Assembly (NCBI RefSeq): GCF_039654945.1
Contig: NW_027361704.1
Location: 42,036,001 to 42,100,000 of the forward strand
From: Dendrobates tinctorius
Lineage: Eukaryota
DNA: 64,000 nt
Direction: 5' to 3'
The position numbers were made by a program, and so were the translations under genes. The stretch's first letter is position 1; the number at the start of each line of letters is the position of its first letter. Below the pieces are notes generated by a model, which saw nothing but the letters and a program-made list of their open reading frames with translations, was not told the DNA's origin and made no database searches. Shown piece by piece: positions 13,432 through 25,712 of the stretch.

Positions 13432-13926
13432 AGCTGGAGTCACACATAGCGACTCACCAGCGATCCCGACAACGATATCAACGGGTCAGGATCGCTGGCG
13501 AGTCGCTATGTGATCGCTGGTGAGCTGTCAAACAGAACAGCTTCACCAACGATCAGCACAGCGATGCCGTGCGTCCCTTAGATACCTGATGTGTACGTTA
13601 GTTACCAGCTCCCTGCATCAGCGCGCTGGTAACTAACGTACACATCGGGTATCTAAGGGACGAACGTCCCTTGGATACCCGACGTGTACGTTAGTTACCA
13701 GCAGATCGCTCGTCTCCTGCCTGTCACACGCAGCGATGCGTGCTGGCCAGCGGGAGACCAGCGACAAAAGAAGTGTCCAGCGGTTTCCTACAGCGATACC
13801 GGCAGGGGGGCCGGTCGCTGATCGCTGTCACACACAGCGATCTCGCTGGTGAGATCGCTGTTGTTTCACAAAACTTGTGACTCAGCAGCGATCTCGCTAG
13901 TGAGATCGCTATGTGTGACGGGGCCC
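13432..13926. mobile_element. Harbinger-type MITE with internal palindromes
   Basis: TAA TSD; GTCACACATAGCGA...TCGCTATGTGTGAC termini; same family as 62761-64000. Confidence 0.75.
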
Positions 13927-16238
13927 TAACTTACGGGTGCATAACTCTAGAAGTATGAGCTGAGCATAATGTACTGGCCACTACAACATACTGGTCACTA
14001 TAATGGCAGTTTGCAATTTTCACTTAGCAACATCCAATGCTGCTTTTTTCTGGAAAATACTTATGGAGTCAAAATCACCACTATACCTGTAGATAAATTC
14101 CCAAAGGGGTGTAATTTCCAAAATGGGGTCACTTGAGGGCGGATTCTACTCTTCTGGCATTTAGGGGCTTCTGTATATCGAGTCCCGAAACACATTTTGG
14201 CACCATTTTTTACCAAATTCCCCATGTGAAAATGTAAAATCTGGGGCTAAAACAAATTTTTTGGGATGTAAAATTGTAGTTATTTTTTCTTCACTGCCCA
14301 ATGGTATAAAATTCTGTGACCCACCTCTAGTGTCAATATGATCACTGCACCACTAGATGAATTCATTGAGAGGTTTAATTTGTAAAATGGAGTCAATTAC
14401 GAGGTTTCCGCTGTTCTGGAACTCCAGGGGCTCTGCTAATGTGACATGCCATAACAGCAAAATCTGCATTATTATATTGTGCTCCTTCCCTTTTGAGCTG
14501 TGCCTCAAAGTAGTGTTAGACCACTTATGGATTATTGATGTACTCAGGAGAAATCACATAGCAAATTGTACTGTTCGTTTTCTCCTATTACCCCTTTTGA
14601 AAATTGAAAATTTGGATTCAAAGCAACATTTTAGTGGACAAAATAGTAATATTTCATTTACAATTTTATACAAGTTTGTGAATCATCTTAAGGTTAAAAA
14701 TACTCACTACTACCCTAGATGAATTCCTTGAGAGGTGTAGTTTATATAATGGGATTACCTGTGAGGATTTCTGCCGTTTTGTTGTGTCAGAGGCTCTTGA
14801 AATGTGACATGGTATCCGCAACCTACACCAGCCATAATAGTATTAATTCCCTTTCCAGCCCTACCATGCATCCAAGCAGTCATTTTTCAACAGATATGGG
14901 GTACCTGCGTACTTTTGAAAAATTGCACAACAAATTTTGGCATCCATTTTGGGCGCAGAGAAAACATTTTTGTTGGAAAAATGTGTTTAATTTTCACGGC
15001 TCAATATTATAAAATTTGGTGATGCCCCTTAGGGTTCAAAGTGCTAATCACAAATCTAGATAAAAGTCTTTGAGGGGACTAGTTTCCAAAATGGGGTCAT
15101 TTGTTGGGGTTTCCACTGGGTAGACACCTCAGGAGCTCTCCAAACACGACATAACGTCGGTTATTGATTCAAGCCAATTTTGTAAAAGTCAAATGATGCT
15201 CCTTCCCATCCGAGCCCTGCCGTGCACCCAAACAATAGTTTTCTTTCACATATGTGGTATCGGAGTACTCAGGAGAAATTGCACAACAAATTTAGGGAGT
15301 CCATTTTTTCTTGCTTCCGTCATGATAAAAAAAACAACATTTTTGTGGGAAAAAGTTAAATGTTTATTTTTTCCTTCCACATTCCATTAATTCCTGTGAA
15401 GCACGTAAAAGGTTAATAAGCTTCTTGAATGTGGTTTTGAGCACCTAGAGGGGTGCAGTTTTAGAATGGTGTCACTTTTGCGTATTTTCTGTCATATAGA
15501 CCCCTCCAAGTCCCTTCAAATGTGATGTGGTCCCAAAAAAATTGATTTGTAAAATTTATGGAAATATGAGAAGTTGATGGTCAACTTTTAACCCTCCTAA
15601 CTTCGTAACGAAAAAACATTAGGTTTCAAAAATTGTGCTGATGTAAAGGAGACATGTGAGAAATGTTATTTATTAACTATTTTGTGTGACAGAATGCTCT
15701 TGCAAATTTAACCACCATCATAAAGTACAATATGTCACAAAAAAACAGTCACAGAATCATTGGGATCCATTGAAGCATTCCAGAGTTATAAACTCATAAA
15801 TTGACGCTGGTCAGAATTGCAAAAGTCGGCCTGGTCACGAAGGTGAAAACAGACTTTGGGGCGAAGGGGTTAAAGGAGCAATTTATTTGAGAACAATTTG
15901 ATTATTCTGGAATTTTTAATATCTATAGAACAAGAACCATTTTAAACCACTGTAATTTTACCCATGTTGAAATTCCAGGAATTATCTAAAAAAAACTAAA
16001 ATAAAAACCTCAAAGTTAAGCACATGTGGCTTTGTGCTATCGAACTTCACAATAATATCTTAACAGAAATTAAAAATATTGCTTCAGATAAATATTTCTT
16101 TCTCTATCGAATATACGAGAGAAAATTCTCTATAGGGAAACATTCAAAAAGACACGCCAAGACAGACAGACCTCTTATAAGTGGAAAACGCCATTAATCT
16201 CTCCTGTTACTAGAGAAGTTTGTAAAAATGACCATTTC

Positions 16239-16700
16239 GGCTATGTGCACACGTGCGGATTTTTAGCGTTTTTTGCCGCGAAAACGCTAAAAATCCGCAA
16301 CCCATTGAATTCAATGGCATTCCGCACATCCTGTGCTAATGCTGCGTATTTTTCCGTGGCAGAATCGCATCACGGAAAATACGTAGCATGCTCATTCTTT
16401 TTGCGGAATCGTGGAGAATCCGCACACATAGGAATGCATTGATCCGCTTACTTTCCGCATGTGGCTATGGCCACAATGAGCAAAGTAAGCGGAAAATGTG
16501 TGGATGGTACCCAGGGTCTGGAGAAGAGGAGACTGTCCTCCAGGCCCTGGGTACCATATCCCTGTTAAAATAAAGAATTAAAATAAAAAATCATGATATT
16601 CTCACCTTCTGGCGTCCCCTGCAGCGTTCCCAGGCCTCAGCGATGCTCCCGGCAAGTCCCGTTCCCAATGATGCCTTGCGACAATGACCCCAGATGACGT
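16239..16700. mobile_element. Truncated Harbinger-type MITE
   Basis: Starts GGCTATGTGCACACGTGCGG; similar to 52456-53392; right TIR not seen. Confidence 0.55.
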
Positions 16701-16811
16701 AAACAGGATACTGTTTTAAATGGGGGAAGCGGTCCTGTTACTGTGCAGAGCGACACTGTCGCCTTTTTTTTTTTTTCAGTCTGGTGTAGTTTAGAATTTT
16801 ATTAAAAAAAA

Positions 16812-17710
16812 CTAGCTGAAGAGCCCGGCGCTGCCCGGGCATAGTAACTAACTGTGGTTAGTTACAGCAAATTATAATTATCCTCCATCCCATAGTCCCG
16901 TGCCCATATACCCATCATACATATCCACGATCCCATAGGCCCGTGCCCATATACCCATCATACATATCCTCCATCCCATAGTCGAGTGCCCATATACCCA
17001 TCACACATCATCCCATAGACCCATGCCCATATACCCATCACACATCCTCCATCCCATACTCCCATGCCCATATACCCATCTTACATATTCGCCATCCCAT
17101 AGTCGAGTGCCCATATACCCATCACACATCCTTCCTCTCAGTCCCATGCCCATATACCCGTCATACATATCCTCCATCCCATAGTCCCGTGCCCATATAC
17201 CCATCATACATATCCGCCATCCCATAGTCCTGTGCCCATATACCCGTCATACATATCCTCCATCCCATAGTCCCTGCCCATATACCCATCATACATATCC
17301 TCCATCCCATAGTCCCGTGCCCATATACCCGTCATACATATCCTCCATCCCATAGTCCAGTGCCCATATACCCATCACACATCCTCCATCCCATAGTCAA
17401 CCATTATGACATCATAATGAGCGGCGGGGCTTGCAACCTATGATGACATCAGCATCGCCATGGCAACCATTATGACATCATAATGAGGGTCGGGGCTTGA
17501 CACACTTTTTCCCCATTATGTAGATGGGGCAAAATTGTTTGGTGAATTGGAATGCGCGGGGTTAAAATTTCACCTCACAACATAGCCTAGGACACTCTCG
17601 GGGTCCAGATGTGTGACTGTGCCAAATTTTGTGGCTGTAGCTGCGACAGTGCGGATGCCAATCCCAGACATACACACATACATACACACACTTGAGCTTT
17701 ATATATTAGA
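16812..17710 (-). mobile_element. Non-autonomous Helitron carrying a ~43-bp minisatellite
   Basis: On the minus strand it begins A|TCTAATATATAAAGC and ends with hairpin CCCGGGCAGCGCCGGG plus CTAG|T; inserted between A and T with no TSD. Confidence 0.8.
16881..17398. repeat. ~43-bp minisatellite, ~12 copies
   Basis: TCCTCCATCCCATAGTCCCGTGCCCATATACCCATCATACATA repeated with variants. Confidence 0.9.
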
Positions 17711-17719
17711 TTAAGTAAT

Positions 17720-18651
17720 GTGCTCTGCAAGCTGTGCTCTAGATAACTTATCTCCTGCAGAGACGAGACCTGGCTGGAAGAAGTGACGGCGGTCTGTGCT
17801 GAATGAAAGATGAAAAGCGAAGATGAAGGACTTCACCTAGAGACGTCACTGGTGAGTCTGTACACTGATACTTTACACTGTATACTTTATACAGAGGTCC
17901 TGTGTACAATGTCACCAGTGATCACTGTATTCCCTGTACACAGACACTGCATACTAAGTACAGATCTCCTGTGTATAATGGCACTTATGGTGACATTAGC
18001 ATTGTTTTTTTATTAATGATCAGTATTGTAGTATTCAGTCTCTACGTGGTGATAATATGTTGTCCGGCAATGGTGTGGCGGTATTTGCTCCTTGTATGTG
18101 CTATTATTCAGTCACTGTGTGGTGGTAATATGTGGCCTGGTCATGGTATGGTGGTATTTGTCCTTTGTATGTGCTATTATTCGGTCACCATGTGGTGGTA
18201 ATATGTGGTCTGGTCATGGTGCAGTAGTATTTGTCCCTTGTATGCGGAATTATAGGTCACTATGTGGTGGTAATATGGTGTCTTGTCATGGTGCGGTGGT
18301 ATTTGTTCCTTGTATGTGTGTGATATTATTGGTCATTTTAAAAATTGAAAAATAAAAATATACCTAAATTGTATTGGATATTTTAGCAAACGATTAATAG
18401 GATAGAGTAGAGCTCGGTCAAAAGAGTGTACCTTGTCGTGGTGGCAGCTTAAAAAATCTTTTGGCCAAAACAAAAGCTGCTGACTATAGATGTGATCTGG
18501 TGATTGGAACTGTTAATGTGCGATTGGTGAAAAGTGGAGTTTTTCCATTCGAGGGGTGGAGGCGGGGCTGGGGTGGAGCCTGGGCGGAGTCTCAAGGGGC
18601 CCTCGAAAGTTTTGCCAGTATGGGGCTCCAAAATTCCCAGTGGCAGCCCTG
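17720..18651. mobile_element. hAT-like non-autonomous fragment with internal ~70-bp repeats
   Basis: Ends ...AGTGGCAGCCCTG (CAGGG-type TIR); GGTGGTAATATGTGG repeats at 18045-18310; left end not found. Confidence 0.45.
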
Positions 18652-18848
18652 GTTTGATGTATTGTGGCCCTAGAATCACAAATGTGGCTACTTTCTAAAT
18701 CAGATGTTCTGCAGGCACTTACTGAGCTTACTATACATATTTATATACACCTCAGACAGTAAAGAGTTTTATACAGGTAAATATCTCTAACAGATCAATT
18801 TACAGGTTGGAATCACCAGGAACAGACAGCTTGCCATTTGAAATGTAT

Positions 18849-20217
18849 AAAGCCATGGCCGAAAGTCTTGTCAACCTTGAACTTGCTCCACAAAATGAAG
18901 TATTTCTCCCAGAAAATTATTGCAGTTACATATGTTTTGTTATACACATTTATTTCCTTTGTATGTATTAGAACAAAAGAAAAAAAAAGCAAATTGGACA
19001 TAATTTCACACAAAAACCCCAAAATGGGCCGGACAAATTCTTAGCACTCAATTTAATTTTGGGTTGAACACCCTTTGGAATAAATAACTACAATCAATCA
19101 CCTTCTATTACCATCAACAAGATTCTTACACCTCTCAACTGGAATTTTGGACCACTATTTTGCAAACTGCTCCAGGTCTCATATTTCAAGGGCATCTTCT
19201 TCCAACAGCAATTTTAAGATCTCACCACAGGTATTTAGTGGGATTTAGATTTGGACTTGTTGCTTGCCATTTCAGAACTCTCTAGTGACTTGTTTCCATC
19301 CATTTCTGGGTGCTTTTTGAAGTGTGTTTGGAGTCACTGTCCTGCTGGAAGACCCATGACCTAGGACGCAAACTCAGGTGACACTGGGCACTATATTGTG
19401 ACCCAAAATCCTTTGGCAATCTTCAAATTTTGTGATGTCCGCACAGTGTCAAAGCACCCAGTGCCATAGGCAGCAAAACAATTCCAAAACATCTTTGAAT
19501 TTCCACCATATTTGAGCGTAGGCACTGCATTTTTTTGTTGACCTCATTCCATTTTTTTGGTTAACAGTAGCTTTACCAAAAAGCATTATTTTGGTCTCAT
19601 CTGTCCACAAGAAACTTTCCCAGAAAGATTTTGGCAACTTGCAGTCTAGCTTTTTTATGTCTCTGTGTCAGCAGTGAGGTCCTCCTTGGTGTCCTGTCAT
19701 AGTGTTTCATTTCATTCAAATGTCGACAGATAGTTTGCTTGACTAATGCACAATGAGCCTTAAAGGACAGCTTGAATTTTTGGGGGGGAACTTGATTGGA
19801 GCTGCTTATCCACCCTTCACCAATTTTTCTCTGCAGTCTTCTTGATAATGTTGCACACTGTGGACAAAGGAATATCAATATCTCTGGCGATTGTCTCAAT
19901 CTTGAGATTGTTGATATTGTTCAACAATTTTGGTTCTCATGTTGCTTGCCTCAGGCAAGTTTGAATGAGCATCACATGTTTGAAGCATAGTGGTTTACCC
20001 ACAATTTTGAAAAGGTGCCAACAATTTTGTCTGGCCCATTTTGGGGGATTGTGTGAAATTGTGTCCAACTTGCAGTTCTGTTTTTTTGTGTTGTACCAAT
20101 ACACACAAAGGAAATAAACATGTGTATAGCAAAACAGGCGTAATTGAAATGCATTTCTGGGAGAAATTCTTCATTTTCTGGAATAATTTCAAGAGCACCA
20201 CCACTTTTGGTCAAAAA
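18849..20217 (-). mobile_element. Decayed Tc1/mariner element
   Basis: Diverged ~200-bp inverted termini; minus-strand fragments FWESFLWTDETKIMLFG and RTPRRTSLLTQRHKKARLQ. Confidence 0.8.
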
Positions 20218-21946
20218 TGTAAGCAATACTCAAACATTACAATATACACATAAACCTATAATATTGCAAACACAAAAGGATCATGCAATAAAATTCAAAG
20301 CGACTAATCCTTATGAAATGTCAGGAAGCCCACAAACACTTTAGTTGGGAGGCCGATGTTGCCAAAATCGAAAGGTGTTGGCCAACTTTGAATCTAATGT
20401 GTATGGGGGTCTTTAGTGTTGTAAGTATTGTAACAAAGCCAATCTATATTGGGGAGCTCTAGAACTGCACTGACACACTTAAAAAAAAAAAAAAAAAAAA
20501 TCTCTCTCATACTTAAAAGGAGTTAACCACTAGAAGACAATGCCTTCTCAAATTAAAAATTGCAATACTTACCTCTCAGACCACTCCTCCAATGACAGCA
20601 ACAGGTATCTCCAGCAGTCATGTAGCAGCTGCAGCCAATGAGGAGCTGCTCAGACAAAACAGTAGTGGCTGCTGCCGATTGGTGGTTACTGATTGGTTGC
20701 AGTTGCCACATGATATATCACATGACCACTAGGGTGACAGTGCCATCGTCATAAAGGAGAGAACCAAAGAAAAAGGCGCACATAGGGGTAGTGCGTAAAG
20801 ACAACTGGAATAGTAGTGAAGAGGGAAAAAAAATGGGTGATCACCTTACGGAGTTGTGCTGAGGTGGGCACAGCACTGCTGTAGGCAGAAGTTAAGATCC
20901 ACTTTAATGAAGATTTCTGAGCTATAAAAAGGATCTTCAGAACCTTTACAGCAATAATTTTAAAAATACAAACATTTAAAAAAGAATCACTTTGATCTTG
21001 ATCTTTATCAGCATCTTTCATTGCACCAATACTTTAGAATCTGAAGAACAGTATTTCCCTATTCTAATAGTTCTAGTCTAGCTTTTATTTTATATCCAAT
21101 CCGCACACTCACATGAAAACCTGGATGACTCACCTTTGACTTACTTGATCATTAAGGCTATGTTCACACGTTGTGGAAAATTTCCCCTGTGGATTGGGTT
21201 ACAAATCCGCAAAGAATCCTCTGACAGAATGCGCATGTGTTCCTTTTATTTTCTCGCAGATTTGGCTTTGAGCATGCAGCTGCTTTCATTTTCGTGCTGA
21301 TTTTTTTTTTTCAATATGTGACTGGAATTTTGAAAAACCCATTCACTGAAATTGTACTTTAAATTGCTGGGAACTTGTGGTGCAAGATCCGTGACATGTG
21401 ACATCAGCTTTAGTCACTAGAATGCATCAGCCAGTCGATTATATTTGTGTGCGGAATTTATGGATACAAACTAAAAACTGTAGTTTTACAACAAAACATG
21501 GATGTGCCGTAACAATCTACAGACAGTCCTGTACAGATTTTGTTAACCTGCAAATAGGTTTAAGCTTTGACCAAGTGTTGCATCTAGTTACAAAAAATTC
21601 CCACCACAGTGTTAAGTAGTTGTCCACTAGGTGGCTCTCTCAACTATACGAATTATGCATTGTGTTTTATTGAAACCTAGCATGTTAAACACCATGCCAA
21701 CTCATGTTAATACTTATAAATGAAAAATGCTAGAAAATAAGGTCATCTGTGTGGAGTAACTGAAGACCATATGCTTTAGTGCAAATTTATGAAATATACT
21801 TAAGATACAATTTCTTTTAGTGATTGTCATAATTAACCACATTTCTGTAATAGGTTCTGTTACATATAAAAGATGATAGGATGGTGACGTTACAGTGTAG
21901 ACTTATTAAGCCGATCAAAGCCCTTTGGGGTTTAAAGAAGGACAAC

Positions 21947-21977
<31 letters not shown>

Positions 21978-24397
21978 GATGGCCTTCATAAAAGGTCATA
22001 GGAGACCCCTCAGCAGTAACATATTCTGAAGCTTTAGGGATTAACCGAATCCATTTTTACGTCTCCTGACATGTAATTGCAATGCTGGACGATAATATGT
22101 GCTGAACTCTGACCTGTAAATAGCCAACATGCGGGTATCTTCATGACGACCACGTTTTATAATCTGGGTTGCCTTTATGTTTCTTGGTAAATGGTAGTAT
22201 CTGCATTACACTGATATGACTAGGAAATGGGGTGATAGGCCATAGGGTAGATAAATAATTCATCCAAAAAGAAATAAAAGGTAGTGTGACCCCATAGGTC
22301 AACAGTAATTGATAACAGATCTAGATTTCTGCATATTAAAAAAAAAAAAATGATATTCTCAAGCTTGAAAGTTATCCCCTATCTGTGGTATATTAGATAA
22401 CTTCCCCCCCACTGATGCCAAGAACCAGACCACTTTAGCATCCTGTGAATGGAGCAGAATTCAATCATGCGCACTGGGGCTCCATTCATTTTACTGGAAG
22501 TACCGAAACTCACCAGGCGCATCACTCTGCAATCTTCGACAGTCCCATTAAGAGCAAATGTAGCGGCAGTGTGTATGATCAACCGCCACTACATTCACAC
22601 GGGACACTTCTTGGGATCAGTGGGGGCCTCAGAAGTCAATCCCACACACACACACACACACATACTGTATATTGTGGTAGATCGGCTTACTCGGCTGGAC
22701 ACCGAAGTAGAAACGGAACACTGTCTCTTTAAGAACGTGCTTGGTTTATTAAATGCAGCATAAACCAAGCTGGGAAAAAGTAAACAAGGCCCTTTGGACA
22801 AAATATCAAAACAAAACAGTCCTAGTGGGGGGAGGGATCAGCTGCCTGCCTAACAGGTAGTATCTCAGGGTGTTAATTACCCACTTAATGGCCAAGCACT
22901 CTTTCTCTACGATGGGATAGGAGGAATGTTTCCTATTCAGGTATAGGACTGGATGTTTGTCCCCATCAATTTTCTGGGACAACAAAGCTCCCAAACTAAC
23001 TTCAGAGGCGTCCATCTGGAGCACAAACTCCTTAGTGAAGTCAGGTCTGACCAAGACTGGCTGTCTGCACAGGACAAGCTTCAACTCCTGAAATGCCATC
23101 TCAGCTTCAGAGGACCATTTGACCATCGCCGACTTTGTGGCCTTGAAATGATACGACAGGGGGGTGGCTATTATGGCGAAATTCCGGACAAATCACCGAT
23201 AATATCCCGCAATTCCCAGAAATGCCCTAAACTGCTTTTTGGAAACCTTCTGAGGCCACTTTTGAATTGCCTCCTTTATCTCGCCCCTTCCAATGATGTA
23301 GGCCAAGAATTTTGCTTCTTCTTTCCCGAGGACACACTTCTTTGGGTTTATGGTAAACCCTGCCTTCCTCAATGCATCCAGTATCGCCTGGACCTTCTGC
23401 AGGTGACTTCCCCAATTCGGGCTGAAGATCAAGATGTTGTTGAAATAAGTAGCAATGTACTTCTTGTCAGGGGCTAGGATCTGGTCTTTAGCCCTCTAGA
23501 AGGTAGCTGGACCTCCTTGTAGTCCAAACAGCATCCGGGTATACTGAAAGCATCAGTCAGGTGTAGAGAAGGCAGTCTTCTCCTTGGAACTTGGAGAAAG
23601 GAGAATTTGCCAGTACTCTTTAATTAGGTCCAGGGTTGTGATATATCTGGCTGACCCTAGCCTCTCAAGACGCTCACTGAATATGCGTCGACCTGGGACA
23701 CCTCATTGAGCTTCCTTTGATTGTTACAGAAGCGCCACTTTCCATCTGGTTTCAGCACAAGGACAATAGGGCTGGACCAGCCGCTCTGACTCCTCGATGA
23801 TGCCCAGGCTCAAAATTCTCTTCACCGCCTTGGAGATCACCTTGCGGTGAGCTTCAGGAATCCATTATGGCCTTTGGTTCACCCTCACATGAGATTCAGT
23901 CAGGATTTCATGCTCCACAACCTGCCTACATCTTGGTAACTCCAAAAACAGGTCTCGGTTCCGCTGAAGCAGCTCATGGCACTGTTTCTGGGCCGGTGAC
24001 ATTGTCTCTACCACTGCAACATCCTTGACCCTGGCTTCAGGAAAGGCCCCTAGGCACGTTGCTTCTACCAGATCAATGTCTGGCCATGGTTTCAGAAGGT
24101 TAATGTGGTACACCTGGTATGGATTTCTTCTCCCTGGTTAGTGGACCTTGTAGTTGACAACACTCAACTTTTTGACGACATCGTATGGCCCTTGCAACTT
24201 GGTCAGGAACTTACTTTCATCTGTGGGGAACATCACCAACACCTGAGCTAAACCACTCTTGAGCTAAACCATCTCAGTCTTGCTAACCAACTGTAGACCT
24301 TTGCCTTGGCCTCTTGTGCTTGGAGGAGGCTGTCCCTCACAATGAGCATCACACTTGCGAACCTGTCCTGCATCTGGGCCACGTTTGATAATGCTTC

Positions 24398-25712
24398 TGT
24401 CATGATCCAGGTTGGATTATGACAGATAAATGCACAAGTAGGCAAAAAAACACGGCACTCCAGAGAAAAAAAGGAAGGTTGTTCGGTGCTCAAGTAAGGT
24501 TTCCAACCCGTAAATATGTACAAAAATACTTGGCACTCAAAAATGAAGAAGCAGTATATTCTTTATTTAACATCCAGACAAAAATAGACTCATATCATAT
24601 GAACTTTTTCGGTCCAACAACAGACCTTCATCAGAAAGGTTTTTAGGTTTCTTTTGGTAGAAAACTGCAAAAGATACCGATAGGGTAATAGATATCCTTA
24701 GGTGGTAGCAAAGTCTATGCTGGTATTATATAGAGGCTGGAACACGAGTCTATCTGGTTGGAATTAGATAAATGTGACTGGATAAAGCAGGGCTACAGGA
24801 ATGGGTTAACAACGCTAGGAGTGCAGGCTCTGCAAACAGATACAGCACTTAGTGCCTGCAGGAGAAATCCAGGGTGCCAAAAGAAACCAAAAAAACCTTT
24901 CTGATGAAGGTCCGTTGTTGGACTGAAAACGTTCATACAATATGAGTCTATTTTTGTCTGGATGATAAATAAAGAATATACTGCTTCTTCATTTTTGAGC
25001 GCCAAGTATTTTTGTACACAGATAAATGCACAAGTAACCTTTTTTTTTCCTTAAGCTGTGTGCTTAACGTTAGGTTTGCCCCCGGTGGCCATTAGGGTCA
25101 TTGCACTCTGGTTACTTTAGTTTAGTGCATGTGATTATAAAGCAGGTTTGATTGCTCTGGCCTATAAAAGAGTGTCAGGTGTTGCAATCACTGTTGGTGA
25201 TATTGGTCATTTCCAACCATCCCTGGTTGAGGAAGGAGCTAGCAAGAGTTCCTTGCAGCACAGTCAGAGTCCTGGTGTGGAAGGACCGATAGTGAGGAGT
25301 TCCTTGCAGCTCTGACAACGCTTGGTGTCGTAGCAGCTATTCAGGAGGAAAGCTGCATTCTGGTGCTGGTCTCAACAAAACAAAGCTAAGTGGTGTTATC
25401 CCTGTTTGTAGCCTTTCCTTTTGTGTGTTTCAGTGCAGTGGTGGGATTAGTTTCTGCACTGTCCATTTCGCTAGAAAGGGCTAGGTGCAGGGCGAGCTAG
25501 AGTTTTTAGGTATCCTGCTCGGCGACAGGTGCGGAGCCTGTATAGGGACTGTCAGGAGTGTAGAGACACTGACTCAGGGGAGTGCAGGAAGTCTCCATGT
25601 CCCCGTTCCCTATCGCAGGGCCCTCCATTGTATCGGTTTCCCTGGTGTTTCCATTTATTATTTAAATTCGCCCTGCTGGAGGCGGTGTGTCCAGTCACAC
25701 GTGACCATCACA
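24398..25712 (+). mobile_element. Solo LTR inserted in the Gypsy integrase region
   Basis: TG...CA termini (TGTCATGA...CCATCACA); 5-bp TSD GCTTC at 24393-24397 and 25713-25717; TATAAAA at ~25163. Confidence 0.8.
24441..25017. mobile_element. Penelope-like non-coding insertion with ~140-bp inverted repeats, each bearing a hammerhead-like core; 19-bp TSD
   Basis: TSD ACAGATAAATGCACAAGTA at 24422-24440 and 25018-25036. Arms at 24518-24657 and 24877-25017. Core CTGATGA-A-GGTCC-GTTGTT-GGACT-GAAA at 24901-24928. Confidence 0.75.

Larger units (their letters stand above)
10231..15869. mobile_element. Large non-autonomous piggyBac-like element remnant interrupted by a Tc1 and MITEs (left boundary uncertain)
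   Basis: Right end GAAGGGG|TTAA at 15863-15873; ~15030-15869 is reverse-complement-similar to ~680-1560. Confidence 0.5.

Noticed and set aside
24419-25005. Pair of similar ORFs (ALKNEEAVYSLF...) on opposite strands
   Set aside because: A consequence of the inverted arms of the insertion.
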